Part shown: positions 13,727 to 25,306 of the stretch, piece after piece | Numbering within the stretch: position 1 is the first letter of the stretch | Layout: the number at the start of each line of letters is the position of its first letter | Assembly (NCBI GenBank): GCA_951406725.2 | Contig: OX597817.1 | Span: 114,886,001 to 114,950,000, forward strand | Source: Octopus vulgaris | Taxonomy: Eukaryota | Length of the DNA stretch: 64,000 bases | Direction: 5' to 3' | The notes under the pieces: generated by a model | What the model was told of the DNA's origin: nothing | The model's input: the letters and a program-made list of their open reading frames with translations, nothing else | Database searches by the model: none | Made by a program: the position numbers and the translations under genes

Positions 13727-13936
13727 TCCTTTCTACTATAGGCATAGGCCCTGAAATTTTGCAGGAGAGTGTTACTTGATTACATTCTCCCCAGTTCTCA
13801 ACTGCTACTTATTTTATCTACCCCAAAAGGATGAAAGGCAAAGTTGACCTCAACAGAGTTTGAACTCAGATCGTTAAGACAGATGAAATACTGCTAAGCA
13901 TTTTGCCCAGCATGCTAACAGTTCTGCTAGTTTGCC
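13727..13936 (-). mobile_element. Family-B SINE
   Basis: Reverse-strand head and core; CpG-decayed. Confidence 0.8.
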
Positions 13937-13945
13937 ACAAAAAAT

Positions 13946-14067
13946 CAGCATTACTTGGAACTGCTTGCATATTGTGTAAAGTACTGTCTGTTGTAAGTTG
14001 ACAGACAGTACAAACCCCTGGTAGACACGATATCTTCAATCATGATACTGGATACTGTGTGATATCT
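13946..14067 (+). mobile_element. R4/Dong-type 3' end, same lineage as 11262-11632
   Basis: SALLGTACILCKVL and matching 3' UTR. Confidence 0.7.
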
Positions 14068-14229
14068 TAAATAATAATAATATCATCATTGTCAGTGACA
14101 GCAACAAGGAAAATTAGAAGCAAATTATGATAATAGTAATAATAAAAATAAAAATAAAATAAAATAATAATAATATTAATATCATCATTGTCAACAACAT
14201 CAACAAGAATATTAGAAGCCAATAATAAC

Positions 14230-14259
<30 letters not shown>

Positions 14260-14264
<5 letters not shown>

Positions 14265-14470
14265 TTCAGACAAATACATAACAAAAACACCAGGACTTAC
14301 AAACACATATAACATACAGAAAATTGCACTACTAAGCACTGCACACATCCTACGCAGAACACTTTCCATACAATAACCATCAGAGCATCACAACAAATCA
14401 CAGCACATACCCAAGGTACACAGAGCTGCGCTCGGTAGTGAAGTGAAAGCACGCTATAAAAATAAAACTA

Positions 14471-14473
<3 letters not shown>
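14260..14473 (+). mobile_element. R4/Dong extreme 3' fragment, family of 9662-11247
   Basis: KYSDKYITKTPGL..HILRRTLSIQ plus 3' UTR; (AAT)n on both sides. Confidence 0.92.
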
Positions 14474-14513
<40 letters not shown>

Positions 14514-14577
14514 TCATCATTGTCAACAACAGCAACAAGAAAATTAGAAACCAATAATAACGATGATGATGATGGTG

Positions 14578-14613
<36 letters not shown>

Positions 14614-15868
14614 TACGTAATATTATAATAGTAATATTTAGTAATTGTTATCTTTCTCTAACATAAACTTACTTGTGTATTGTTTTGAGACTTCAACTGC
14701 TTCACCAAATAAATGTGCCGACTACCTATACCTACCATCCTCCATCGCCGAAAGAAATTGCGTAGCTTGCAAATCATTTTACTTGAAATTGTATGTGTCG
14801 GCTAAAATAGATTGTAAAATAGTTGTTGGGACTAAGAAGATTTACAGTCATGTATATTCATCCTATTAAATGTAACTGGCCTCAGGGCAAGTTAAAGAAA
14901 TGACTTTGGAGAGTAATTGTCGGTTACAAGCCGAGGAAATTGCTATGTCGCTAGAACAAGCCTCTGACACTTAAAATACTTCTCAGCGTGGAATAGTAAA
15001 TAAGGGAAAAAGAGAAAGAGATTAAAATGGCAATATGATGCTCGGTACTTCGATATTTTGGCTCAATTGGTTTAAGGCTAATAGAACCATTTTGGAGAGT
15101 AAAATATTCATTGCCTCCAACTGTGATATTTAGATTCTTCAAAGAAAAACTCTGTTCTGCTATAGGAATTAACTTTCTTTCTAGCTGTCTAAGAATTAAG
15201 GTCATTTGAATCTAAATAGATTCAAGAGTCGAGCTTTTTTTAAACTTGTTTACTTTATGATTTTCTTTTTGTTTTTTTTATATATATTTTCATAGGTTAC
15301 ATTTTGCTGCAAAATGTAATTTTTTCTTCAAGAAAGTGAGTGAAAAAGTATTAAAAAAATATACATAGACAAGAAAACAATTATATTAATTTTCCAGTTA
15401 CTCACTTTACAGATCAGGGGAACTTTCTAAAATTACCCTTGTATATAGTGAATATTGTTTTTGTTTTTTTGCTTTATATATATTTTTTTAATCACAATTC
15501 TATCAAAAGACAGTATATTTTCATGTTTCTGTCATCTCTGTAAACAGAACAGCTAATAGTGCTTCTGATTCCCAAGGAATGGCCTAGAAATATTGCAGCA
15601 ATGTTGTCTGTTTCTGATTTATGCATAGAGTTACAAATTAAGTAATTGAAAATTAGATTAAATCAAGATCCTTTTAAACCTCTATATTGCTAAATCCTTT
15701 GCACAACTTACCTGAGCAGTTAAATACTTTAATAGTAAATATACACCGGACTGGGAAAACTGTAATTGTAACAATGAAACCTTTATGTGGTTATTCAATG
15801 TCTTAAAAATAGAAGCCAAATTTACCTCAAATTAGAGCCTACAGTCTTGCAATAGGCAAGAACACATT

Positions 15869-16171
15869 TTTTTGGTCCTTCTTGAGCCATGCCTGGCTCA
15901 TAAGGGCCGGTTTCCTGGTTTCCTTGGCATATAGGTTCCCCACCTGGACAGGATGCTGGTCCATTGCAGGTGAGCTGCAAGATGCAGGAGGGAAGAGTGA
16001 GAGAAAGTTGTGGTGAAAAAGTCAGCAGAAGTTCGCTATAATCTTTTATTGGAGCCGCATGGAACTTAGGTGTTTCGCTCATAAACACACACATCGCCTG
16101 GTCTGAGATTCGAACCCGCAATCCCTTGACCGTGAGTCCTCTGCTCTAACCACTTGGCCATGTGCCTCCAC
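15869..16171 (-). mobile_element. tRNA-derived SINE (family C) with 12-bp target-site duplication
   Basis: A box TGGCCAAGTGG and B box GGTTCGAATCT on the minus strand; CAAGAACACATT at 15857-15868 and 16172-16183. Confidence 0.88.
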
Positions 16172-16635
16172 CAAGAACACATTGGATAATGTTACCATAC
16201 ATACACAATAAAAAGACCATTTGTTTGTTCAATAGCTGCTTACTTGGGGTTAAACAACGAATGTAATTATGTGTTCCTGACTGAAATTATAATATAGTTT
16301 CCTTTGTGAATGAATACACTTTGAAATGTAATATGCTAACACCCACACACCTGAGCCAACAAAGGGACCCACTCCAGGCTTGCTCTACTTCTTAAAAATA
16401 ATAAACAAATATCCCTCAGATCATGCCCCATCTTAGAAAGGGAAATGTTTGATAAAATAGTCTCTAAAATTTCCTCCACAAAGGTGAAATATGGGATGGT
16501 CTAGGTTGGAATGGTTTTAATCATCGATCTGCTTGATCAGAACTGACATGGTGTTAAACAATAAAAACAGCCCTCACAACAATAGTAGTATAATGACACT
16601 CCTATAATTCAGAAGTACTAATTGGTTGAATAGTA

Positions 16636-17190
16636 AAGATGCATGGCTTAGTGGTTAAGGCTCTCAACTGTAAGGCCATGAATTCAATTCCCAGTGATGC
16701 ATTGTATCTTTGAGCAAGACACTTTATTTCACATTGATCCATTTCACTCAGCTCACAAAAATGAAATGTACCTGTATTTCAAAGGGCCAGTCTTCTTACA
16801 TTGTGTCATGCTAAATCTCTCTGAGAACTACGTTAAGGGTATGTATGTCTGTGGGTGAGCTGGCAGAAACGTTAGCAGGCCAGGCAAAATGCTTAGCAGT
16901 ATTTCGTCTGCCGCTATGTTCTGAGTTCAAATTCCGCCGAGGTCGACTTTGCCTTTCATCCTTTCGGGGTCGATAAATTAAGTACCAGTTACGCACTGGG
17001 GTTGATGTAATCGACATAATCCGTTTGTCTGTCCTTGTTTTTCCCCTCTATGTTTAGGCCCTTGTGGGTAATAATGAAATAGGTATGTGTGTCTGTGGGA
17101 GTCCTCAGCCACTTGCTTGTAAATTTCATGAGCAGGATGTTCCATCAATTGGATCAACTAGAACCCTCATTCTCATAACCAACGGAGTGC
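16636..17190 (+). mobile_element. tRNA-derived SINE (family D) with nested family-B SINE (about 16853-17082)
   Basis: TGGCTTAGTGG A box and TTTGAGCAAGACACTT motif; nested copy flanked by a GGTATGT(A/G)TGTCTGTGG duplication. Confidence 0.82.
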
Positions 17191-17271
17191 TAATTGGTTG
17201 AATATTAGTTATGAAGTATACATTAAAGAATGTACTTTTAGATGTGATATGCTTGAAAATAAGATGATATA

Positions 17272-17564
17272 TTCTTTACTCTTTACTCTTGTACATGTTC
17301 ATATGGACCTTACAAGCCCTTCCTCTACTCTTTTTACTTTGTAACATTACTCTTTTACTCTTTTACTCTTTTACTTGTTTCAGTCATTTGACTGTGGCCA
17401 TGCTGGAGCACCGCCTTTAGTCGAGCAAATCGACCTCAGGACTTATTCTTTGTAAGCCTAGTACTTATTCTATCGGTCTCTTTTGCCGAATTGCTAAGTT
17501 ACGGGGATGTAAATACACCCGCATCGGTTGTCAAGTGATGTTGGTGGGGACAAACACAGACACA

Positions 17565-17649
<85 letters not shown>

Positions 17650-17812
17650 GACAGGCTTCTTTCAGTTTCTGTCTACCAAATCCACTCATAAGGCTTTGGT
17701 CAGCCCGAGGCTATAGTAGAAGACACTTGCCCAAGGTGCTACACAGTGGGACTGAACCCGGAACCATGTGGTTGGTAAGCAAGCTACTTACCACACAGCC
17801 ACTCCTGCACCT
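17272..17812 (-). mobile_element. Family-A composite SINE with a captured 57-bp segment in its tail
   Basis: Head GGAGTGGCTGTGTGGTAAG, internal (TA)n(TG)n, (AAAAGAGT)n tail; extra segment 17290-17346. Confidence 0.9.
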
Positions 17813-18599
17813 ATGGTCATGATTGAAAAGCCTTTAATCATCAGGAAGAAAGAAAACTTGTGAAGAGCTATGGAACCACATGACATTAAACTTCTCAGGG
17901 GAGCTCAAAGCTTGTCAACAGATAATGGGAAAATGTTGAAAAAATACTGTCTGGTGCACTTTAACAGGATGGATTGTGTGAAAACCAGTTATTGTTTGGC
18001 GCTAAGTCAGCTTTCACTGAGCAGCCTAATGATGAAAAGAATTCAAAACACAATTATCTTTGTCATCATAGTTGTCATCATCACTGTCACTGCCACAGGA
18101 AAATGAGAGAGGAGAGAGGGAGGAGAGAGAGAGAAGATGGTGAAGGTCTGCTTTTGTTTTTTCAGTACATCCCAAAAGTTGATCCCATATGGACATGTGT
18201 TTAAGAAGTTCACTTTGCAAGTATGACAGTCTGTGTTCATTGCCACAGTGTGGTATCTTGGGGTCAATGTAATTATTTGTCGCTTCAAGTTGACCATTAC
18301 CATGTGAATGTAATTGGCCAAATGGAAACTGCGTAGAAGCCTGACAGATGGATTGTACATGTAATTCTAAAGGTGCAATTTTGTTGTACGTTCTGTTACA
18401 CTGATTCTGACTGAGAATTACGTTAAGGCTTCAAGTGTTTAGGAAATCTGAATTGTTATTTTCAGATGACTAAGATTCAGTAACACCAATACCAGAACCA
18501 CCATCACCATCACTGTGCCCCAGGTGATGTATCCTTTTACAAGGTTGTAGGGTATGATTTAAGAGTGATTTGACTGCTATTTCATACAAGTTTGGGTAT

Positions 18600-19035
18600 C
18601 TTTTACTCTTTTCTTCTTTTACTTGTTTCAGTCATTTGACTGTGGGCATGCTGGAGCACCGCCTTTAGTCGAGTAAATCAACACCAGGACTTATTCTTTG
18701 TAAGACTAATACTTATTCTATCGGTCTCTTTGTTGAACCACTAAGTTACGGGGACATAAACACACCAGCATCGGTTGTCAAGTGATGTTGGGGAAACAAA
18801 CACAGACTCACAAACATATACACACACATGCACATATATTTGACAGGCTTCTTTCATATATATACATATATACGATGGGCTTCTTTCAGTTTCTCTCTAC
18901 CAAATCCACTCACAAGGCTTTGGTCGGCCCAAGGCTATAGTAGAAGACCCTTGCCCAAGGTGCCACACAGTGGGACTGAACCCAGAAACATGTGGTTTGT
19001 AAGTAAGCTACTTGCCACACAGCCACCCCTACGCC
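18600..19035 (-). mobile_element. Family-A composite SINE
   Basis: Colinear with the 17350-17812 copy. Confidence 0.9.
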
Positions 19036-19883
19036 TTAATTATCTAGAGAAAAGAGAATACAGGAAGCTAGTCATATTACTCCAGGCAATGTGTTGTTTG
19101 AGGGAGCCCATTAAGAGGGTGTATTACCTGCAAACCAGGGAATAGACCAAGATGCTTTTAAGCAAAGCAAGTTCTCTTAAAGTTCTTATAGATGTTCTTG
19201 TATTGATTTTTACCTGTTAGTAATACAAGGTGTAGATGCCCACATAAAAAAGTACATGATCTGGATAAACTTGCTGAAGATAATTGAAAGTGCAAAAAGA
19301 TGTTTTTAGTAATCTGAATTAAAACCCCCCACCCTCAAAAAATCTTCTCTACAAGACAAATAATGCTTACATACATATAATAAATTATATCGTATCTTTT
19401 GTGAAATAGTGTATATGGATTTTTAAAATAGTCACCACAGATCCATACATTTTCAGCACAATGTAGTTGATTTAATCAAAACCCAGGGTGATTTAATAAA
19501 ACCTAGAAAATAATGAATTTAGAGACAAGTGAGTTGAGATAGATGTTCTCAATGCAGAATGAGATATAATTGAATAGCTGGTGACAGCTGGAATAGTTTG
19601 AAGAGTGGCAGGGATATTGCTTGAATTGAAGGAATGAGGAAGAAAAACTTTGATCTAAAATAACTGGAAGTTTTCGTTATTGATAGCCATCTGGATATCA
19701 GTAACTTGACTTTATAGATTGTCAAAGCTGTCACTAAGTGATAGAGCAGAATGAGAAACTAGCATCCTATCCATGAATAAAGTTGGATTTCCAGTTGATA
19801 ATAATGCAAAAAAGTGAATGGGGATTTTTTTTTCCCCAAAAAAAATTTGAAACCAATATTCTTCTGCTATGGATTGACTGGCA

Positions 19884-21412
19884 AAAAAAGAAAAAAGAAA
19901 AGATTTTAAAAAGTGAGGAATTCACCCTTGTACATGTTTACAAATAAACACTTAGACACTCACACACTTACATACATACATACATACATACATACAAACA
20001 TACATATAAGAGACCAAATTGTACGTACGCTGTCATATGTATATAAAAAGGAATAAAAAAGTCGGAAAGAACACAAAACATCCAGACAGATGATACAAAA
20101 AAGGGACAAGACAAAACAAGGACAGGTAATTCAGAGTTTTCTTTCCTCAGTGAAGTTCCAGATTATCTTTGCAATTTTGGCTGGTTATACTTGAGATTAC
20201 TCCAGATAGCTTAGTTTTTTCCTTGGGGCTGGCCAGATTGGAGCAATCTTGAGTATAACCAGCCGAAATTGCAAAGATAATCCGGAAAGAAAACTCTGAA
20301 TGACCCATCCTTGTTTTGTCTTGTCCCTTTTTGTATCATCTAACTGTTTGGATGTTTTACATTCTTGCTCCATTTTTTGTATTCCTTTTTATATACATAC
20401 ATACAGGTGTGTGTGTGTGTGTGTGTGTGTGTAAGCATTGATATTTACCATGTTTTGCAGAGATTCAAATGCAACCCAGAATAATGCATAAATAAAAAAT
20501 ACTGGGTCTGGAGTCCCTAGAGATAGAACAGAAATGAGTAAAAAAGAGATGTAGAGAGACTGAAAGTTGTAAAGGAGTGTTAATGTGTGCTGCAGAAACA
20601 ATCAGTTCAACATGGCAAAACTCAATAGTTTTCTTTCTCAACAAGTGTCTGAGACAGTCTTTCACAGCTTCTGGAGGTAAATTGGCTAGTTCATGTTTTC
20701 TTCATCTTTAGTTCTATGTCACATTATCACAGGTCCTGCTTAGTAGGCATATTTTCATCAAAATATTCTGCTACAGAACAAAGAAATATTGTCTGCTTGT
20801 AGACAGAGCTCTTGCTGAATAAAACACTTTTTGGCTAGAATTAATTGCTTTTAACAAAATCATCAACATTGTCCAAGGGAAATTGAAATCAAAAGCAGCA
20901 CTTTGAGATACTATATTCGTTATTCTGTATATTGCTGGCTGATAGTTGAATCACAGAATGACCCATCCTTGTTTTGTCTTGTCCCTTTTTTGTATCATCT
21001 GTCTGATTTTTTGTGTTCTTGTCCTACTTTTGTATTCCTTTTTATATCCCCGTGTTGGTGGCACATAAAAGCACCATCTGTTCGTGTCCGTTGCTAGCCT
21101 CGCCTGGCCCCCGTGCCCGTGACACGTAAAAGCACCATCCGTTCATGGCCGTTTGCCAGCTCTGTCTGGCACCTGTGCAGGTGGCACGTAAAAAGCACCC
21201 ACTACACTCACGGAGTGGTTGGTGTTAGGAAGGGCATCCAGCCGTAGAAACACTGCCAGATCTGACTGGGCCTGATGAAGCCTTCCAGCTTCACAGACCC
21301 CAGTTGAACCGTCCAACCCATGCTAGTATGGAAAACGGACGCTAAATGATGATGATGATGATGATACATACGGCGGTGTACGTACACTTTGGTCCACTTA
21401 TGTGTATGTATG

Positions 21413-21444
<32 letters not shown>

Positions 21445-21540
21445 CATGCATGTATGTATGTACGTGTGTGAGTGTCTAAGTGTTTGTTTGTAAATATGTA
21501 CAAGGGTGAATTCCTCACTTTTAAAATCTTTTCTTTTTTT
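19884..21540. repeat. Nested inverted duplication around a Penelope-like terminal repeat
   Basis: 19884-20135 is inverted at 20954-21047 plus 21365-21540; inner fold-back at about 20036-20397. The Penelope assignment is tentative. Confidence 0.8.
21048..21364 (+). mobile_element. RTE-tail SINE or short RTE 3' end with (GAT)n tail
   Basis: Repeated GGCACGTAAAAGCACC units, GGAAGGGCATCCAGCCGTAGAAAC, ends GCTAAAT(GAT)n. Confidence 0.8.
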
Positions 21541-21946
21541 CTAGAAGTTAAGTGTCTATCATTGATAAGACCGAGGAGAATCGAAATCATATGATCTGGT
21601 GGTCTTGGTGCTGGAAGTAGCTGGGATTTATCTCCCTGCTGGAGATATACACAAGAGTGTATTTTCCACCTGTGCTGTCTATGGCAGTATAGTTTGTTCT
21701 AATGGAACATCCACATTTAAGTATGGATAAATGTTACCTCCAAGTATTAATACTGCCTCTGTCACTAATACACACTGTATTAGTTTGAGTGAGTAAATGT
21801 GTGTGTGTACCTGTGTGAACATGTTATGATGGTGTCCACTAAGTGAGCATGTATGGCCTTCATTCATAGTTAGAGAATATACTATCTGTGACGCCCTTCT
21901 AAAATTTAAGTCTAGAACTGCTTACATAATATCATAACTCTCATTA

Positions 21947-22403
21947 CACTGTGTAACACGATTTTTGTCCTTGGGTAGCATCTGTTACTTCTTATTTGCT
22001 TGCCCTTAGAAAGCATGAAAAACAGCTAATATTTCCTTTAAACTTTGTTTTTCTTACATTTATTCAAACGCCAAAAAATTCCTCTCAACACATGGCTATG
22101 ATGCTCCCCCACTACTCCTGTTTATGATCAGATATGCACATATTGTCAGCCACTAAAAGACATACTCAAGTAGCTATGGTCAAGCAACTGACAAGCAAAT
22201 CTGTGGTATTGAGTAGAATATTTGCTATAACGATATTTCTGCTTCAGCAACTCAATGCTGAATCTGTCTGAAATGTAATGGAAAATAGGTCAGTTTCAAA
22301 ACATTGATGTCCAGGACACAAAAGCAGTTATTTCCTTTGATTTATAGATAGAAACAAAGAGAAAATAACACTTACTGACCAATAAAAAAAAATTGTTACA
22401 TTG
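21947..22403. mobile_element. Tc1/mariner-type MITE
   Basis: TA-flanked CACTGTGTAAC...GTTACATTG; homologous to 7809-8481. Confidence 0.7.
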
Positions 22404-22521
22404 TATTTCCAAAGCCAAAGGATCCATACACAAGCCGAAGCAAGATATTTTGTCTTGGCAGTGTTAAGTGAGTTTTGTAACAGAGCAACTTTGTCCTAGA
22501 AACATACCATAATGAATTCAA

Positions 22522-22719
22522 CCCTTTAGCATTTAAACTGGACATATCTGGTCCAAATAGTCTGCCAGCTTTATGTTCAAATTGGCAAGATATGGCTCCT
22601 CACTTCTACAATATAATGTCATTCTAAAATATTGAAATAACAAGATAATGCATGATTAATTCAAAACAATGGGAATAAATAAGAATTTCATTTAACAAAG
22701 TAAGCTGGATGCTAAAGGG
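22522..22719. mobile_element. piggyBac-type MITE, second family
   Basis: CCCTTTAGCAT...ATGCTAAAGGG termini; TCAA and TTAA flanks. Confidence 0.8.
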
Positions 22720-23599
22720 TTAAAGCATGTCATCTGGACACCAACCAAGAATTTCTAAGATTATAGATATTTGTCAACTCTACACATCCTTTTGACAGTT
22801 ATTGTATTTGTGCTACTGAGTTTCTAGCGCCACTCCTCAGTAGGCTAGTTTGCCAGTAGTGGAAGTGGTAGTGGTGGTGCCACTTTAGTTGACCATACAA
22901 GAAGATTTACTGAATTACTTGTTACCAGCAGCCTTCACAGAGTGACCTGTATTCTATAAAGTGTTACATGCACAGAAAAAGGATAGATTTATAGAAGCTA
23001 GAATTTTATTTATAATCCCGATAAAGTATTACTGCATCTGTCATTGCAAGTGCTTTTAGATTATTTTTATTAGAGCAACATAAAACCTGATTACTATTGG
23101 ACTAAGTAAGTCATAAGCAAACTGAACTTAATTTTAGTCTGTTTTTAGACCTAAATCACCTGTTTTTAGACACTGCCACCTAGATCTTAAATGATTTTGG
23201 AAGAGTTCACTTTGTTGCAGGTATTTAGGCCAAATTTTCAATCTGAGACCTCCCCATGTACTCTACTTCCTCCTGCTAACCATTAAATATATTGCAGGTC
23301 TGTTCTGAATATTTTGCATAGAGAATGATAACCGTAGTATTGTAGTCATTGAAAAGGGTGATAGAATTGATATTATAATGTCAAAATAACTGTGGTGTCT
23401 AGTTATGTCACTTTGTTTCAAAGTGCCAATTCCACTGAGGTCAGCTGTTCGTTTTGTCATCTCATGGTCAATACTGAAGGTGTTTAAACTGACAGCACTC
23501 CTTACTCAAAATGCATGATCTGCATGTTTATGTTAGACACATACATTCCTACCTATACAAATACCAGCATACATACATGCATACATAATACATTATCAT

Positions 23600-24035
23600 T
23601 CATCATCATCATCGTTTAATGCCTGCTTTCCATGCTGGCATGTGTTGGATGGTTTGACTGAGGACTGGCAAGCCAGGAGGCTGCATTAACCCTTTCGTTA
23701 CTGTATTTATTTTGAGATGCTCCGTGTTTCTTTCAATTACTTTAAATATGACAAAGAATGTAGAAAATAACTTACTTATAATTCAGCTAGTGTTAGGAAC
23801 ATAAATTGTGACTAAGGTTTAGTGGAAGATTTTAATTCAAAACTTATGAAAGCAAGACATTTGTACTCAGGGCCAGAGATGGTTTCAGTCGGGTTAGTAA
23901 CAAAAGGGTTAAGCTCCAATCTGTTCTGGCAAGGTTTCTACAGCTGGATGCCCTTTCTAACACCAATCAATCTGAGAGTGTAGTGGGTGCTTTTTAAGTG
24001 CCACTGACACGGGGGGCCAGTCAGGTGGCACTGGC
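23600..24035 (-). mobile_element. RTE-tail SINE interrupted by a piggyBac MITE
   Basis: Reverse homologue of 21200-21364, split at a TTAA. Confidence 0.75.
23690..23908. mobile_element. piggyBac-type MITE, copy of 13017-13236
   Basis: TTAA duplication at 23686-23689 and 23909-23912; CCC...GGG termini. Confidence 0.9.
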
Positions 24036-24049
24036 ATACATACATAAAT

Positions 24050-24420
24050 ATGTAACACACTGCCTAAGTACTAATCTTGAGAAATTAGGCTTCTCAAAAC
24101 CAGAAAGGAGAAAGCTGATTTGAAGACTAAAGATCCAAGCTATCATGGGAACTGTAAAAATTTGTAAAACTTTTCAGGCGTTTATCATTTAAGTATATAT
24201 ATGCATGTCTAAACATGCAACTATATGTGTGAGAATACATATATAAAACAAAACATACAAATCTATACATGCACGGACTCTAAACACTGCTCATGTACAC
24301 ACATACGTGGAAAAATACCCTGTTGATGTTGTTGAAATTCCAATGGAAGAGCCTTGGATCTAGGTTAGAAACCTACTCTTTCTTTATTGGCAAGAACTCT
24401 TGAAATAAAACTGAATGATA
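24050..24420 (+). mobile_element. Probable non-LTR retrotransposon 3' end (RLE type)
   Basis: LKIQAIMGTVKICKTF resembles the terminal GT motif of the R4/Dong fragments; followed by UTR ending AATAAAACTGAATGAT. Confidence 0.5.
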
Positions 24421-24421
24421 A

Positions 24422-25306
24422 ATGAGGTGATGTCAAAAAATTCCCAGACAAGTTATGTAGCATGCCAACAGATGGCAGCACAGTGAAAGCTAGCAATGAC
24501 CTTCATGAGGCAGCAGGTTGAGTGATAGCACAATGTTTACTTTGCAAGTTGTGAAATTTGTGTTTTTGTGATCACATTTATGTTGTAGTCTGTGATTTTG
24601 TCATGGATAAGACCAAAGAGCCAATGAGAAATTTTGCATTAAATTTGGGAAGTCTGCTACAAAGACATTGAACGAGAGACATGGGTCATATGCAATGATT
24701 CAAGTGGCATGGGTGTTTCAAAAGTAGAAAAACATCCCTGGTAGATGGTGAGCAATCCGGAAGGCCTGCCATGAGCATCACCCCCAAAAATGTGGTACTG
24801 TGCATCAAGACTTCCTCTCTCTGTGTCAGACTATTAATTGGGAATTCTGCTGTGATATTTTGAAGCATCTGATGGAGGACATTTGGCAAAAGCCACCAGT
24901 TCTGTTGAGCATGAAGAATTGGATTCTTCACAATGACAATGCACCCTGTCCCTGAGCTCTCCTCACTTGTGAGTTTCTTGCCAAAAACAACATGATATCA
25001 CTTTTGCACCCACCCTGTTCTCCAGAGTTAGCATCTGTGTACTTCCATCTCTTCTCTAAATTGAAAATGCAGCTCAAAGGTCACTGTTTTAACTCCATCA
25101 GTGAGATCCAGAGCAAATTGCGGAAGGTCCTTGACTCATTTATAGAAAACAACTTCCAAACTGGATTCCAAAAGTAGCAGGATCGCTGGGGCCAGTGTAT
25201 TGCTGCACAAGGTGACTATTTCGAAGGAAATAATGTTAAAAACTTAGGTGAATAAGTTATTTTTTATTAAACATAACTAGTCCTGGAACCTTTTGATACC
25301 ACCTTG
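24422..25306 (+). mobile_element. Internally deleted mariner element
   Basis: Inverted termini GAGGTGATGTCAAAAAATTCCCAGAC and GTCCTGGAACCTTTTGATACCACCTTG; relic motifs LHNDNAPC and HPPCSPELAS..FHLFSKLK (mariner HDNA, YSPDLAP). Confidence 0.88.

Noticed and set aside
16090-16171. tRNA-like sequence with A and B boxes
   Set aside because: It is the head of a SINE with body, tail and target-site duplication, not a tRNA gene.
20140-20300. Hammerhead in the inner fold-back
   Set aside because: CTGAGGA and GAAA are present but not in an order or stem context that builds the ribozyme.
21048-21200. Short direct repeats with spacers, superficially CRISPR-like
   Set aside because: Degenerate internal repeats of a retroelement tail in eukaryotic DNA; spacers are related to each other and there are no cas genes.
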